From Macrostomum hystrix (Eukaryota; Animalia; Platyhelminthes): a stretch of DNA of 64,000 nucleotides. Positions 35,892 through 48,485 of this stretch are shown one piece after another. The stretch spans positions 1,550,001 through 1,614,000 of the forward strand of contig CATNEN010000032.1 of NCBI GenBank assembly GCA_950097015.1, read 5' to 3'. The notes beneath the pieces were generated by a model that worked only from the letters and a program-made list of their open reading frames with translations, was not told where the DNA came from and searched no databases. How positions within the stretch are numbered: the stretch's first letter is position 1; each line of letters opens with the position of its first letter. The translations under genes were made by a program, and so were the position numbers.

Positions 35892-36858
35892 CAGAGTGAA
35901 CAGCCAGAATGGCAGAGTGAACAGCCAGAATGGTAGAGTGAACAGCCAGAATGGCAGAGTGAACAGCCAGAATGGCAGAGTGAACAGCCAGAATGGTAGA
36001 GTGAACAGCCAGAATGGTAGAGTGAACAGCCAGAATGGTAGAGTGAACAGCCAGAATGGTAGAGTGAACAGCCAGAATGGTAGAGTGAACAGCCAGAATG
36101 GTAGAGTGAACAGCCAGAATAGCAGAGTGAACAGCCAGAATGGTAGAGTGAACAGCCAGAATGGTAGAGTGAACAGCCAGAATGGTAGAGTGAACAGCCA
36201 GAATGGTATAGTGAACAGCCAGAATGGTAGAGTGAACAGCCAGAATGGTAGAGTGAACAGCCGGAATGGTAGAGTGAACAGCCGGAATGGTAGAGTGAAC
36301 AGCCAGAATGGCAGAGTGAACAGCCAGAATGGTAGAGTGAACAGCCAGAATGGTAGAGTGAACAGCCAGAATGGTAGAGTGAACAGCCAGAATAGCAGAG
36401 TGAACAGCCAGAATGGTAGAGTGAACAGCCAGAATGGTAGAGTGAACAGCCAGAATGGTAGAGTTAACAGCCAGAATGGTATAGTGAACAGCCAGAATGG
36501 TAGAGTGAACAGCCGGAATGGTAGAGTGAACAGCCAGAATGGCAGAGTGAACAGCCAGAATGGCAGAGTGAACAGCCAGAATGGCAGAGTGAACAGCCAG
36601 AATGGCAGAGTGAACAGCCAGAATGGCAGAGTGAACAGCCAGAATGGCAGAGTGAACAGCCGGAATGGCAGAGTGAACAGCCGGAATGGCAGAGTGAACA
36701 GCCAGAATGGCAGAGTGAACAGCCAGAATGGCAGAGTGAACAGCCAGAATGGCAGAGTGAACAGCCAGAATGGCAGAGTGAACAGCCAGAATGGCAGAGT
36801 GAACAGCCAGAATGGCAGAGTGAACAGCCAGAATGGCAGAGTGAACAGCCAGAATGGT
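35892..36858 (+). repeat. 21-bp minisatellite (AGAGTGAACAGCCAGAATGGT/C), about 46 units
   Basis: Tandem units; yields artefactual RVNSQNG and FTLPFWL ORFs. Confidence 0.97.
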
Positions 36859-38371
36859 AAATTATAATTATTAAGAGCAGACAGTTTTAGTACACAAATT
36901 TCGTCGTTCATCAATAAGATTCGCCCGCTTCCAAGTAGTCTAGACATTGGCCTGTCTGTCTAACAATGCGTGCACTCTGGGGTGCATTCGGCAGACTAAC
37001 AGCCCTTGCGCAGTGGCTACCAGCGCTTCCGTTTCGAGATTGACATTTGCAGACGGAATTGAGGTATTGCGCAGCGGCCGCTGCTGTGTTCGCTTTCAGT
37101 CCAACTGTTCAAAATTTTGGAGGCATAATAGTGGGTTTGTAATAAAGTACGAGTATTAGCTATTTTCAGAATAATTTTTGTCACACTGTAAGATATACTT
37201 TTTATGCAATTAATGCGTTTCTAGCTTGTACTTCGAATAATAGAATGAATGGATCATGTTGTATGTTCAATCAATCGATGAATGCCAACACGAAAATGTC
37301 GACACCTTTACTAGCGGCATTCAGATCATAACCGATTTGATTGTGTAAGGTAAAGTCATAAATGACAGAATTAGTTTAGCTGCAAGGCTGCCTTGCGTGT
37401 GCCAGATTTCTCAAACGTTAGAATCAACATTTTACAAGCCATTACTGTATTATTGGGTCAGGATTTATCACAGATTTCACCGCCTGAATGAATGGCCGAC
37501 ACGATGATGACTCAGCCGCATGCTAACTACCGTTTCTTTGAAGGCTGCCGCTGCAGTAACCGACCACCCCCCCAAGCAATGTCCTAACTGGCCTCACCGT
37601 GAGACTCACTGACTGTTCATGCTAACGTCGCTAAAATTCTCATTTCCAAGCTAAAGTTTCGCGCGCAGCTTACGGTCTGTTCCTACTGACAGCTTGCGCG
37701 GACTTTGCTCGGTAACTCACCCTCCGTTTTTTCCCCAACAGTGGCACCGTCATTGTTTTTTAGCCTTTCCGTTTCCTCCCCTATTTGGCCCTTAAAACCT
37801 CTCGCTCCTCTCGCTGCCCATGCCCTTTGAATAGGACTGTTTAAACAGTGTGAGCACACTATAGCAAGCTGACTCATACACGCATAGTAGGTCGAGCATT
37901 TGCACTAGGAGCACTAAAGGGAAATTGTGCAGTGCAGATCGGGGCAAACTCCCCATTCCCCATTCTTGTAGTTGCCCTGTGCTCCTTAATATCAGGCAAG
38001 CTACTCACAATACAATGCAGCATTTTCCTATGTTGGCATTGGCTTAGGCCTCACAAAAACCTAGGGGAGGGGGACTGGCTTGGCAGGTGTCCGCCTGGTT
38101 GCCACGCTGACTCATACTGAGGCACTCGCATTCATTCACTCATATGTTTGTTCAATTCATTCATTAATTTAAACAGGCTAGCTTGTTGCTCGAGCGCTGA
38201 GCAGGAAAATGCATTTTCTAATTTACATTCCGGCTTTTGATGCGGCAATTAAGTTCTGAATAAAAATGAGTCTAGTATTGACTTGCGCCAATTCAACAAC
38301 TTGTTGCCCTAGGCGAGGGCTCCCTTAATCTCTCCCGAACTGTCCCATGATCATTCTCTCTCAAGATCTCA

Positions 38372-40310
38372 CACTCTCCTAAGATCTCTCCATCTCTCCT
38401 AGGATCTCTCAATCTCTCCTAGGATCTCTCAATCTCTCCTAGGATCTCTCCATCTCTCCTAAGATCTCACAATCTCTCCTAGGATCTCACAATCTCTTCT
38501 ATTTCTCTCAATCTCTCCTAAGATCTCTCAATCTCTTCTATTTCTCACAATCTCTCCTAGGATCTCTCAATCTCTCCTAGGATCTCTCCATCTCTCCTAA
38601 GATCTCACAATCTCTCCTAGGATCTCACAATCTCTCCTAGGATCTCACAATCTCTTCTAGGATCTCTCAATCTCTCCTAAGATTTCTCAATCTCTTCTAT
38701 TTCTCACAATCTCTCCTAGGATCTCTCAATCTCTCCTAGGATCTCTCAATATCTCCTAGGATCTCTCCATCTCTCCTAAGATCTCACAATCTCTCCTAGG
38801 ATCTCACAATCTCTCCTAGGATCTCACAATCACTCCTAGGATCTCTCGATCTCTCGTATGATCTCTCAATATCTCCTAGAATCTCTCCATCTCTCCTAAG
38901 ATCTCTCAATTTCTCCTAGGATCTCGCAATCTCTCTTAGGATCTCTCAATCTCTCCTAGGATCTCTCAATCTCTCCTAGGATCTCTCCATCTCTCCTAAG
39001 ATCTCACAATCTCTCCTAGGATCTCACAATCTCTCCTAGGATCTCACAATCTCTTCTAGGATCTCTCAATCTCTCCTAAGATTTCTCAATCTCTTCTATT
39101 TCTCACAATCTCTCCTAGGATCTCTCAATATCTCCTAGGATCTCTCCATCTCTCCTAAGATCTCACAATCTCTCCTAGGATCTCACAATCTCTCCTAGGA
39201 TCTCACAATCACTCCTAGGATCTCTCGATCTCTCGTATGATCTCTCAATATCTCCTAGAATCTCTCCATCTCTCCTAAGATCTCTCAATTTCTCCTAGGA
39301 TCTCGCAATCTCTCTTAGGATCTCTCAATCTCTCCTAGGATCTCTCAATCTCTCCTAGGATCTCTCCATCTCTCCTAAGATCTCACAATCTCTCCTAGGA
39401 TCTCACAATCTCTCCTAGGATCTCACAATCTCTTCTAGGATCTCTCAATCTCTCCTAAGATTTCTCAATCTCTTCTATTTCTCACAATCTCTCCTAGGAT
39501 CTCTCAATATCTCCTAGGATCTCTCCATCTCTCCTAAGATCTCACAATCTCTCCTAGGATCTCACAATCTCTCCTAGGATCTCACAATCACTCCTAGGAT
39601 CTCTCGATCTCTCGTATGATCTCTCAATATCTCCTAGAATCTCTCCATCTCTCCTAAGATCTCTCAATTTCTCCTAGGATCTCGCAATCTCTCTTAGGAT
39701 CTCTCAATCTCTCCTAGGATCTCTCAATCTCTCCTAGGATCTCTCCATCTCTCCTAAGATCTCACAATCTCTCCTAGGATCTCACAATCTCTCCTAGGAT
39801 CTCACAATCTCTTCTAGGATCTCTCAATCTCTCCTAAGATTTCTCAATCTCTTCTATTTCTCACAATCTCTCCTAGGATCTCTCAATCTCTCCTAGGATC
39901 TCTCAATATCTCCTAGGATCTCTCCATCTCTCCTAAGATCTCACAATCTCTCCTAGGATCTCACAATCTCTCCTAGGATCTCACAATCTCTCCTAGGATC
40001 TCTCGATCTCTCGTATGATCTCTCCATCTCTCCTAGAATCTCTCCATCTCTCCTAAGATCTCTCAATTTCTCCTAGGATCTCGCAATCTCTCTTAGGATC
40101 TCTCAATCTCTCCTAGGATCTCTCAATCTCTCCTAGGATCTCTCCATCTCTCCTAAGATCTCTCAATCTCTCCTTAGATCTCTCAATCTCTCCTAGGATC
40201 TCTCCTTCTCTCCTAAGATCTCTCAATCTCTCCTTAGATCTCTCAATCTCTCCTAGGATCTCCAATCTCTGCTAGGATCTCACAATCTCTCCTTAGATCT
40301 CCCAATTTTC
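38372..40310 (+). repeat. 20-bp minisatellite (AATCTCTCCTAGGATCTCTC) with a higher-order repeat
   Basis: About 97 units; marker variant TCGTATG at 38854, 39233, 39612, 40011. Confidence 0.95.
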
Positions 40311-40896
40311 TCTAGGATCTCTGCCCTCTGGTATGGCTCTCTGACTGTCACTCATTCTGTGACAGCTCTTATGAACTGCTCACTAGCCCACTATCTCAGA
40401 TTTGCATAAACAGAAAAGAAACATTTTCTATTACTATTAGTAGGATAGATTGGACAGTAGTAACGGTGCTTGCCTATTATTTCTATTGTCCAAAAACACA
40501 CGTGAATATTTACCTTCTTTCTATCCACCAATCTCTATTTTTCTCTCCATTCTAAAAACATTTTGGAGCACAATATAGACTTCAATTCAACTGCCGACCA
40601 AAGAAACATCAAGCCGCGAAAAACAGTTTATTTACGAATTGGTTAGAATAATACAATTTTTAGAACATATAGACACTGCTTTCAGCAATTAAAAACACAG
40701 TAAAGTGTTTTGAGCACCATGAAAAAGTTAATGCTGTATTGTTGTAGAATTTAACAAATTAAATGGAGCTGTCAATTCATCTTAAAAACGGATGTTTGCA
40801 AAATAGTGTCTTTCTGTATTGATTGCCCGAATACTGAAAATGATCAGGAATAATGAATAAACTGGAAGATTTACATGAAATAACATCCCATAAAAT

Positions 40897-41285
40897 TCAT
40901 CCCACCGACTTGAGCCCCTGAGCAGCTTGGGAATGCTTCTCCAGCAGGTTCTCGAGTCCACTGTCAATCAGCCTAGCCAGCAGGCCGTCGATGTACTCAG
41001 TCAGTTCGCGAGCTCGTTGAGCACTAGCCCGGGACGTTGCGGCTGACCTATCGGCAGCCTCTGCGGCTCGCAGCTCCGCCGAGGTCGCCGCCGCCTCGGC
41101 GCTTCGCAGACGGGCGAGAAGCTGCGCCGACTGGCGCTGAACTGCGGCCAGCTCTGAGCGAAGGCCTTCAACGCGAAGCTGCAGAAGACGGCGCGGCGGC
41201 TTTTGGTGCGGCCGTTGCTTCGCCAGTTTTGACGCGCTGCTGTATGAGCAGTCGGCGTCCGTGGACGACGAAGAGCTGCTGCTTC
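40897..41285 (-). CDS. RAB11FIP: Rab11-FIP-like protein, last exon (coiled coil + FIP-RBD); not in ORF track
   Basis: Manual translation ...RARELTEYIDGLLARLIDSGLENLLE...VG*, resembling the FIP-RBD motif ELEDYIDNLLVRV; acceptor TCTCAG at 41286, phase 1. Confidence 0.8.
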
Positions 41286-41770
41286 CTGAGATAGATCACG
41301 GGACTGACGGAAAATCAATGCAATTTTCGAAGGCTGATATCTGCCAAAATGTTGAACCAATCATCATGAAATCATCATGAAACACTATCCCATGAAACAC
41401 CTTCCAGAATCACCAAACATTGGCATCGTGGAGATATTCAAGGATTCTCGTCTGGGTGTCTGGTTGGGCAAAAACCAGCAATTATAGGCATAGTCATCTT
41501 ACAGTGTCGGCTGTCATTATTGATTTTAATGTTAATTATTATATTACTAAACTGATATACGAGGGTTAACACAAAGCAGTTCTTGTGGTCCTTGTCTACA
41601 GGGACTTTGAATAATTTTGAATCTTCTGTATCCTGAAAATGGTAGACTTTCACGAAAACCGGTTTGGTAGACATCGTGAATTAGCTAGCGAGTATTTGAA
41701 ATAGACCCGTAGGAATTCCTCCAGGAAAAAATAGCGTGGTCTCTCTACTTCTAAAGCCGCCAAGACGAAC

Positions 41771-42288
41771 CTTCGTCACCGCTGCCCGGAGTTGCCGCAA
41801 AGCCGGAGCTATTTTCGACGCCAATGTCGGTTTTCTCCGACGCCAGCGGAGCCAGCGTGTCGCCCTCATCGTTGTCGCGGTCGTTTCCGTCGTCACCAGC
41901 GGCTTGCCGGGAGCCGGCGCAAATTCGAAGCCGGCCCAGTCGGCGCCAGGCGATGCGAACCGCCGGCGCGGACATTCGCCGTCTGCCGCCGCCGCCGCCT
42001 CCGGCCGGCTGGGTCTGGCCGCCGCTCTGCGAGCTGCGCGACTGAAACTTCAAAACTGGTCGGCAGTGCCGAGTGGCAGCCACCCAGCAGCGATAGCGAA
42101 TGTGGCCGCTGAAGCCTCCGCCGCCAGGGTAGCCGAACGGCGTCGGCGCCGCCAGAAGGACGGAGTCGGTGGGCACCGACATGGCTTCGCTCTGCGACAC
42201 CAGGGACAGCGGCAGGTCCGCTTGACCCACCAGTCGACCGCGGCAGAGCAGTCGCAGTGTCAGAGGCTCAGGAATAGCGCCAAGATCT
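41771..42288 (-). CDS. RAB11FIP: Rab11-FIP-like protein, exon 3 (C2 domain C-terminal half + linker)
   Basis: LTLRLLCRGRLVGQADLPL...GHIRYRCWV; acceptor GCCAG at 42289 (phase 2), donor AG|GTTCGT at 41770 (phase 1). Confidence 0.7.
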
Positions 42289-42388
42289 CTGGCAGGCGTC
42301 ATAATTCAAAATTTAACTTTTAATTAGACCAATAATTTGACGACAATCGAGTTCAATAAACATCTCGGGCGAGGAAAAACCGGCTTAC

Positions 42389-42503
42389 ATTGCCTCCGTC
42401 AGATCGAATTTCGGATTGCCCCTTGTCTCCACCACAACCCGGCTGGACAATTTCAAATCCTTGCCCTGATGGCACGTGACTTGCCACTTTGCCTTCTTCT
42501 TGG
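42389..42503 (-). CDS. RAB11FIP: Rab11-FIP-like protein, exon 2 (C2 domain)
   Basis: KKKAKWQVTCHQGKDLKLSSRVVVETRGNPKFDLTEA; TTTCAG acceptor, GTAAGC donor, phases 1 and 2 match neighbours. Confidence 0.7.
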
Positions 42504-42602
42504 CTGAAATTTGATGCGTTATGTAAATTCATACCCTAATAATAATAATAATAACAAAAATAAGTATTTAGTGTGTAATAAAAATTATTACTATTTTTCT
42601 TA

Positions 42603-42915
42603 TAACTGCAAGAGGGCTGCAGGCAATGCCACATCATTTCGTGACACTAGACCCGCAGCCAGCGAGGAGGCAATTTTGCCCATTTTGCTCACTCCTGAGC
42701 ACACACGCACACAGCTACTGTACACAGGCACACGCTCACACAGGTGTGTACATCTGCCCTGACACTCTCACTGTGCCTTGGGGGTTGGCCCTCAATGGCG
42801 TAAATTGCACGACAAGCCCCCAAGCCTTCTCTCCGCGGCTGCGCCCCAAATGAATGTGGCTCAGGGACCTTGGTGCGAGAGGAAAACGCGTTAGACAGCT
42901 CTGTCACCGGCCCCT
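42603..42915 (-). mobile_element. tRNA-derived SINE copy 2 (B box and internal hairpin deleted), intronic
   Basis: Reverse complement of the SINE body at 7630 and 59197. Confidence 0.8.
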
Positions 42916-43091
42916 AGTTTCACAGCCTTCGTTTTGAGTACTTGTTTTTGGTATTGATCTCACCATTCTCAAAGTCTATTGGGATCGGCAGATTCAAAGC
43001 GTTGTAGACTGAAAAAAGATTATAAAAGCCAATATTAATTTAGTAAATAGTTAGTCAGACTAATATCTGACTAAAGGCCAAAAGCATTTAC

Positions 43092-43161
43092 TCGTCATTA
43101 TGACGACAGCCGGCTCGACATTGTCCATTGGATCCTGGACTGCAGGGGTCAGATAATCCAT
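43092..43161 (-). CDS. RAB11FIP: Rab11-FIP-like protein, candidate first coding exon
   Basis: MDYLTPAVQDPMDNVEPAVVIMT + phase-1 donor GTAAAT; acceptor TTCCAG 9 nt before ATG; four exons total 1092 nt (363 aa). Confidence 0.55.
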
Positions 43162-44124
43162 CGCAACAGCCTGGAACGTTTATTATTGAATATACTTGGA
43201 TAAAGTTTTTAATCAATGTCGTTTTTAACAGTCATTTTGACAACAGGTTTCATTTTCTGTCCCTATATATTTAGCTACGTGACGTGACCTATACAAAAAA
43301 TTGCTTTACTTTTTGCGAAAGGAATATTGAATTTATGAAATCGATTATATGATAGCGTCAATGTTTATAAAGAAAAAAATTATGCATAGAATATTGTGAC
43401 CAAAGCGATATTTCTTAGAAAAAATGATAGCTAGTTAAGTAAGATCACTACCATGCAACAAAGAATTTAATAATTATTTTGATAAAGGTGGCAAAAACAT
43501 CATAGATACTATATACAATAATGTAGAAATATGGTAATGTTGTCATATTGTAATAATATAAAGCAATATTGTAATGGCGCTATTACAGAGTCGATTTTAA
43601 CTTTAGGTCAAGTTGATGCCGATAAAATCTTAAGAAAATAATTTTTTAAAAGGCTTTATAAATACTTTTTTATGCGTTAACATAAGCACTATAAATTCAT
43701 TTCTAACGTCTATAGAAAAATATTTGTTGATGCAAACTTTATTTATTTTCTAGAGATTTCGTAGTCCTTTGAACATTAAACAGTTCGTAAGTTGAGCAAC
43801 CTAAATGATTTGCTTCGTTAACTTTTAATAACGATAGCAATAAATTGGGCATGGCCATTTATGTTAAAACTGGATCCTGACTCTTTCCCACAGAAATAAG
43901 AAGTTAATATAAATGTTTTTTTTCAATAAGAAAAAGAACAGCGTTGTTTACCTTTGCTAAAAGCACTATGGAAACGTGTGTAAAATTCCTTAATACATCA
44001 GCCTTTGTTTAAACAATTAGAAAACACGTTCGCGTAACTCTTAAGCCGATACGAATTTCGTGCTTTGCACTCAAAATCACTTTTAACGAAAAAAGTATTT
44101 ATTTTTTTTTATTAGAACCGCAAC

Positions 44125-45439
44125 CATAGGTGTAGGTGTAGTGTCAGCTTGTTTGCCCTTCTATTATTCAGTACTTATTTTTAGACGTGTTTTTGCTAAG
44201 AGTTCACCCACGCCAAGCCGGGCCGGACCAGCTGGGGGAACGGACGCCCACCACCCCGCGAGCGCTACCCCTGGGCTACGGTCCCGGCCAATCAGCGAGC
44301 GACCCGGCCTCACTACCTGTCTACCCTCGGCAAGAAGCGACCCCGGGGCTCAGAACGGCGGTCGCAAGTCTACTGCGATTTGTCGCCTTGGCTCAAGCTA
44401 CAGCCAGGCATCCACCTCGCCGATCGACCTAATTTGGGGTTAAAATGACTCTATATAACGAAGCGTGTTTTTGTAGTCCAAATTATATTTTACTTCGCGA
44501 TTCGCCTCACACTGTGAGAAGCACGTGCAACTAGTCCACTTGTTTTGTCCCTCCCCGCCCGACCACACTCCGCTTGTTCAGTTAGGTAGCTTTCGGCGCT
44601 ACGCGTCTTGAGAGTGCGCCGCTGACAAGGGTGGTCTAGATAGGCGCTTGTTGTCGAAGTCAGTACGTGCTCTCTTCGAAGACTCCGCCGTCAGGCAGAA
44701 GGAGTGCCAACCGATAGGATTTGTCGGGGCAGCGCTGAAAGCAGAGACAACCGGAGCCTCTCGGGAAGAGTAGGGCGCGGATTAGGCCAGTTAGGTAAAA
44801 TTGTTATATCCACATTGTTAGGCCAGACTTGCTTCTCACTGTGAGCGCGCTATAATTTATTTCTGTGCGAACATCTATTCTGTCAGTATAACTTTTAAGT
44901 CCAGGTAAACGATATTCAAAGTAATTCCTATTCGTATCTGGAATCTTAGTCACAGCTGATCAAATCACTTCTAATCAAATTATTCGAGTCTTGTGTTCAC
45001 ACTGTGTTATTCCTTTTTCATTGGGAGTTTCGCCGGGCCGGAGGACGACACACGGGTCTCATCGCTTATCTATTCCACTTCGCTCGCTACCAGTCTCTAA
45101 CGCTATTTAATTCCAAATTCCCTGCTGCTATTGAAACGATTGGTAGGACACCGACCCCGGTGAATAGTGAATAGTCGCTAGCTTTAAATTCCTCACGCTC
45201 CAGCTAGGACATTCATTTTATTACATAGGAATGGGGGAGGACATTGGGGGCAGTAAATGGCATCTGCCCCCCACATTTTAAATGCAAAATGTAGACTTTT
45301 AGATCATTTTTACTCTTATTCTTAGTTTTTGCTGCTTTGCAAGAATGCATGGCAAAAATAAAAATAAAGTTTAAAATGTAACCTCGGCCACCTCGGCCCC
45401 TTTTTTGGCCCCCATTTTCTAATCGTTTCTACGCATATG
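44125..45439. mobile_element. MITE (CATAGG...-type TIRs, 8-bp TSD) interrupted by a solo LTR
   Basis: Removing 44137-45229 restores left TIR CATAGGTGTAGGAA versus right end reverse complement CATATGCGTAGAAA; flanks ACCGCAAC / ACCACAAC. Confidence 0.65.
44137..45225 (+). mobile_element. Solo LTR, about 1.09 kb
   Basis: TGTAG...TTACA termini, TAGG on both sides, GC-rich U3-like region with CCAAT and CTATATAA near 44450. Confidence 0.65.
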
Positions 45440-46767
45440 ACCACAACGATAAATAGAAAACATAAGCTTAATGATTTTTTACGAGTGTATGATTCATAGT
45501 TAAATCAAGGATCACTGTAGTATAACAGTTACTATATCTGTAGTAGTACTACAGCTAGTGGTCCTCGTGTTGAATTCCATAGCTTTCTCACTATGTTTGA
45601 CGCCTTAATATATTAAACTTTATAGTCCTGTAAATCGAAAATCGAGTGCTAAAACATAATTCACTAGATCTACAACTTTCAAGCTACGTAATAGTAAAAA
45701 ATGTCATCACTCAAAATGTAGTAAAACATGTTTCGGCTATTACTGTCTTGATTCGTCCTAATTGAGCTTATTTAGATCGTTGAATGGTTACTAAGTATAT
45801 ATTATGCTTTGTTAATATATAAACACATCTGTGCAAAAAAAGAACTAGTTGAGAAAGGACAGATTAACGTTTCGAGAGAGTGAATGCAGGGCATGAGCCG
45901 CGCCAAGCGCCGCAAGCGACATTTGCACTAACCGCAAAGATTTCCTTGCCGCCAAAGACTTTTCGAATAGCCTTGCTTGGCTGCATGAATGTTACAATGC
46001 ACTACTTGCTAAAGCTGCCACGAGACGGCAAGCTGACTTTCAGATCTGTCAGATCTCTGGTGCATCTGCACTGAACCTGTGTATCTGTTGCTGTCATGTT
46101 TGCGTGCCCGATTGCACTGCAACAAGGCTGTCCGCTGCCCAGGCGTCGCTTATCTTTATTATTGAATTTTCGTTTTTTTTCTGCGAGCAGAATGCTGCGA
46201 GAATTTTTTTCTAGCCACAGAAATTGCGATGCCACCGGTCCATTCTCTATCTCCGCTGTCTCTATGCGAGTTTAGTAGGGGGGGGGGGTCGGAGATAATC
46301 TTTAAATGTAATACCTTGAGACGGTAGATCGAAACAAGTCTAGATAAAACACAAGTATACACCAGAGATCAACTTGCAATAACAAGACATTGCCAGGGAT
46401 TATAGAACTCTGTGAGTGCAAATGCACCGCTTATTAATGCTGCTCATTTTGAGCTCTCAACTGAGCATTACCTAAAATAATTGCTAATCAAAAGACTTAA
46501 CCTGATTATTTTATTTTACAGATGTGCGGACAAGTGTGACGCGAGAAAATTACACTGGAAATACTTCTTTATTTAAAGATTTATTGAATCCGGACTTCCT
46601 TGTCTCAGATAGTCGACTTTAACAGCAATAATGCAGAATGAGCAAAGTTTGAGCTATGGTAAATTCAATGACTTGTGCTTTCATGATGGCTGGTGTAAAA
46701 CTAAACAAACACTTGTAAAATGCAGGTGACGCCATGACTTTTCTGTAAGAATCTGGGCTCAGCGGAG

Positions 46768-46832
46768 ACAGGTACAGGTACAGGTACAGGTACAGGTACA
46801 GGTACAGGTACAGGTACAGGTACAGGTACAGG
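46768..46832 (+). repeat. (ACAGGT)n microsatellite, about 11 units, in presumed Maf 3-prime UTR
   Basis: Directly visible. Confidence 0.95.
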
Positions 46833-46904
46833 CGGAGAGTGAGCTAGGAACGCGAAGAGTTAGCCTTAGACAGTCACACCCGAGTCGCCCCTCGAGAGTT
46901 TGCT

Positions 46905-47699
46905 TTATTCAGCTCGCGCGCACCTCCGCCTGGCATCGCCGGAGCCAAGCAGCTCCTCCAGGCAGCGCCGGTACCGGTCCCTCTCGTTAATGACGGCCTC
47001 CAGCTGGCGTCGCAGAGTCTCCAGCTTGTGCGTCAGGCCGACGCTTTCGCTGGCCAACTCGGCCTGGGCGCTGTGCCGCCTCTGCCGGCAGGTCTGCGCG
47101 TAGCGGCGATTCTTCAGAGTCCGACGACGACGCTTCAGTCGTTGAACTGTCTGGCGGGGAAGGCAGCGCATTCGCATGTTCAACTCGCGGATGCCCATTG
47201 ACACCAGCTCGAGGTCCGTTGGCGGGGCGGCGATCTGCTGAAGTGGCGGAGGCGGCGGAGGGGGCGGAGGCGGCGGAGGGGGCGGAGGCGGCGTTGACGC
47301 TTGTCGCTGCTCCTGCTGTTGCAGTAGTTCCTGAGGCGTAGCAAAGCTGCAGTCGATATGGTAGCAATCTAGCTCTTCGAGCCGGACGTCGGCATAGTCG
47401 GATGCCAAGCTCCAGGGATTGCCGTCGATTGGAAGGAACCAGTCCGGCTGCTGCTGCTGCGAGTAGCTGAATTCCGGGGGGGACATCTGGCTGCCGGAGC
47501 TGCTAGACGGACTGACAGTCGAGTTGAAGTCAAACGGAAGATGGCACGCGCCGGCTGGCGGTGACATCTGGCTGCCGTCGCTGTGGCAGGAACTGGTAGT
47601 GGAGCTGAGATCTGACAGCAGATCGCACAGCAGCATACTGTCCTCCACTGGATCAATCTTGTCAGGCTCTGGTAGGCAGTGCTTATTGGACTGGATCAT
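46905..47699 (-). CDS. MAF: Large-Maf-type bZIP transcription factor, intronless
   Basis: ELVSMGIRELN extended homology region, RRTLKNRRYAQTCR basic region, heptad zipper ending ERDRYRRCLEEL; poly-Pro tract; first ATG at 47699. Confidence 0.9.
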   Translation of the reverse strand: MIQSNKHCLPEPDKIDPVEDSMLLCDLLSDLSSTTSSCHSDGSQMSPPAGACHLPFDFNSTVSPSSSSGSQMSPPEFSYSQQQQPDWFLPIDGNPWSLASDYADVRLEELDCYHIDCSFATPQELLQQQEQRQASTPPPPPPPPPPPPPPPPLQQIAAPPTDLELVSMGIRELNMRMRCLPRQTVQRLKRRRRTLKNRRYAQTCRQRRHSAQAELASESVGLTHKLETLRRQLEAVINERDRYRRCLEELLGSGDARRRCARAE

Positions 47700-47783
47700 G
47701 GTCTGTTTCTGTTGTATCAAAGTTTGAAGTTGTGCAATATCTGCGGCCTTATTTAAGAGCTATGCTTGACAATTGGTGCGGCT

Positions 47784-47807
47784 CTTTATATTGAGTGAGC
47801 GATTGGC
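47784..47807 (-). promoter_or_regulatory. Candidate Maf core promoter (TATAAAG with upstream CCAAT)
   Basis: Minus-strand TATAAAG at 47784-47790 and GCCAATC near 47800-47806, about 85-105 nt above the ATG. Confidence 0.45.
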
Positions 47808-48485
47808 CATTGGGTCTGTTAGGACCCTGGGCGGGCAGGGAAAGAGCTGCAGAATGTCAGGCAGCCAATGGTAGCTGACCATGCACGAACCCTTGTAGTT
47901 TCGAAGCCCTTTTTCAAACAAATAAATTAAGTGCAGATGCACTAAAAAGCCTGCACTGCGCGCTTCGCAAGGCCAAGCAAAGCCTGGGGTGGAAATTCAA
48001 GAAGACAAGGGCTTGAAACTGTGAGATTACAGATAATGGTGAGGTCTCTCGTGATTTGGCCTGGAGTTTAGCAAGACACTGGATTCGTATTAATACAAGC
48101 ACAGACGCGGCTGTCAACATCGATAAATTACTATAACAGAAGTGCGGAAGCTTATTAGCGCTATAGTTTACCGATTTCGGACTGTATATGTTTACCGCTC
48201 TGTTTTAAACGAACTTGTCAAGCCTCTCAAATGAACAGTTTGTCCCACCACTGATTCATCCAACTTTTCCGGTGCAGCCCTTGAGAATAACTAAGCGTTG
48301 AACAGTTTCGTGATTAATAGGTTCATTGGTGCGGCTGTCAGAAAGTTTCATTAACTTTCGTTATGAAAAGTTTTGGCTTGTTTAGATCGAAATTAAGTAA
48401 AAACGTCGAAAAATGCTTTATCAAATATTAAGTTTAATGAGACACCAGATTAAAATGAATTTTAGATTAAAAAGAAAGAGTGGGA

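Noticed and set aside
35697-36947. (FTLPFWL)n and (RVNSQNG)n ORFs
   Set aside because: 21-bp array open on both strands by chance
41438-41674. 78-aa ORF between Rab11-FIP exons
   Set aside because: AT-rich, no motif, probably intronic
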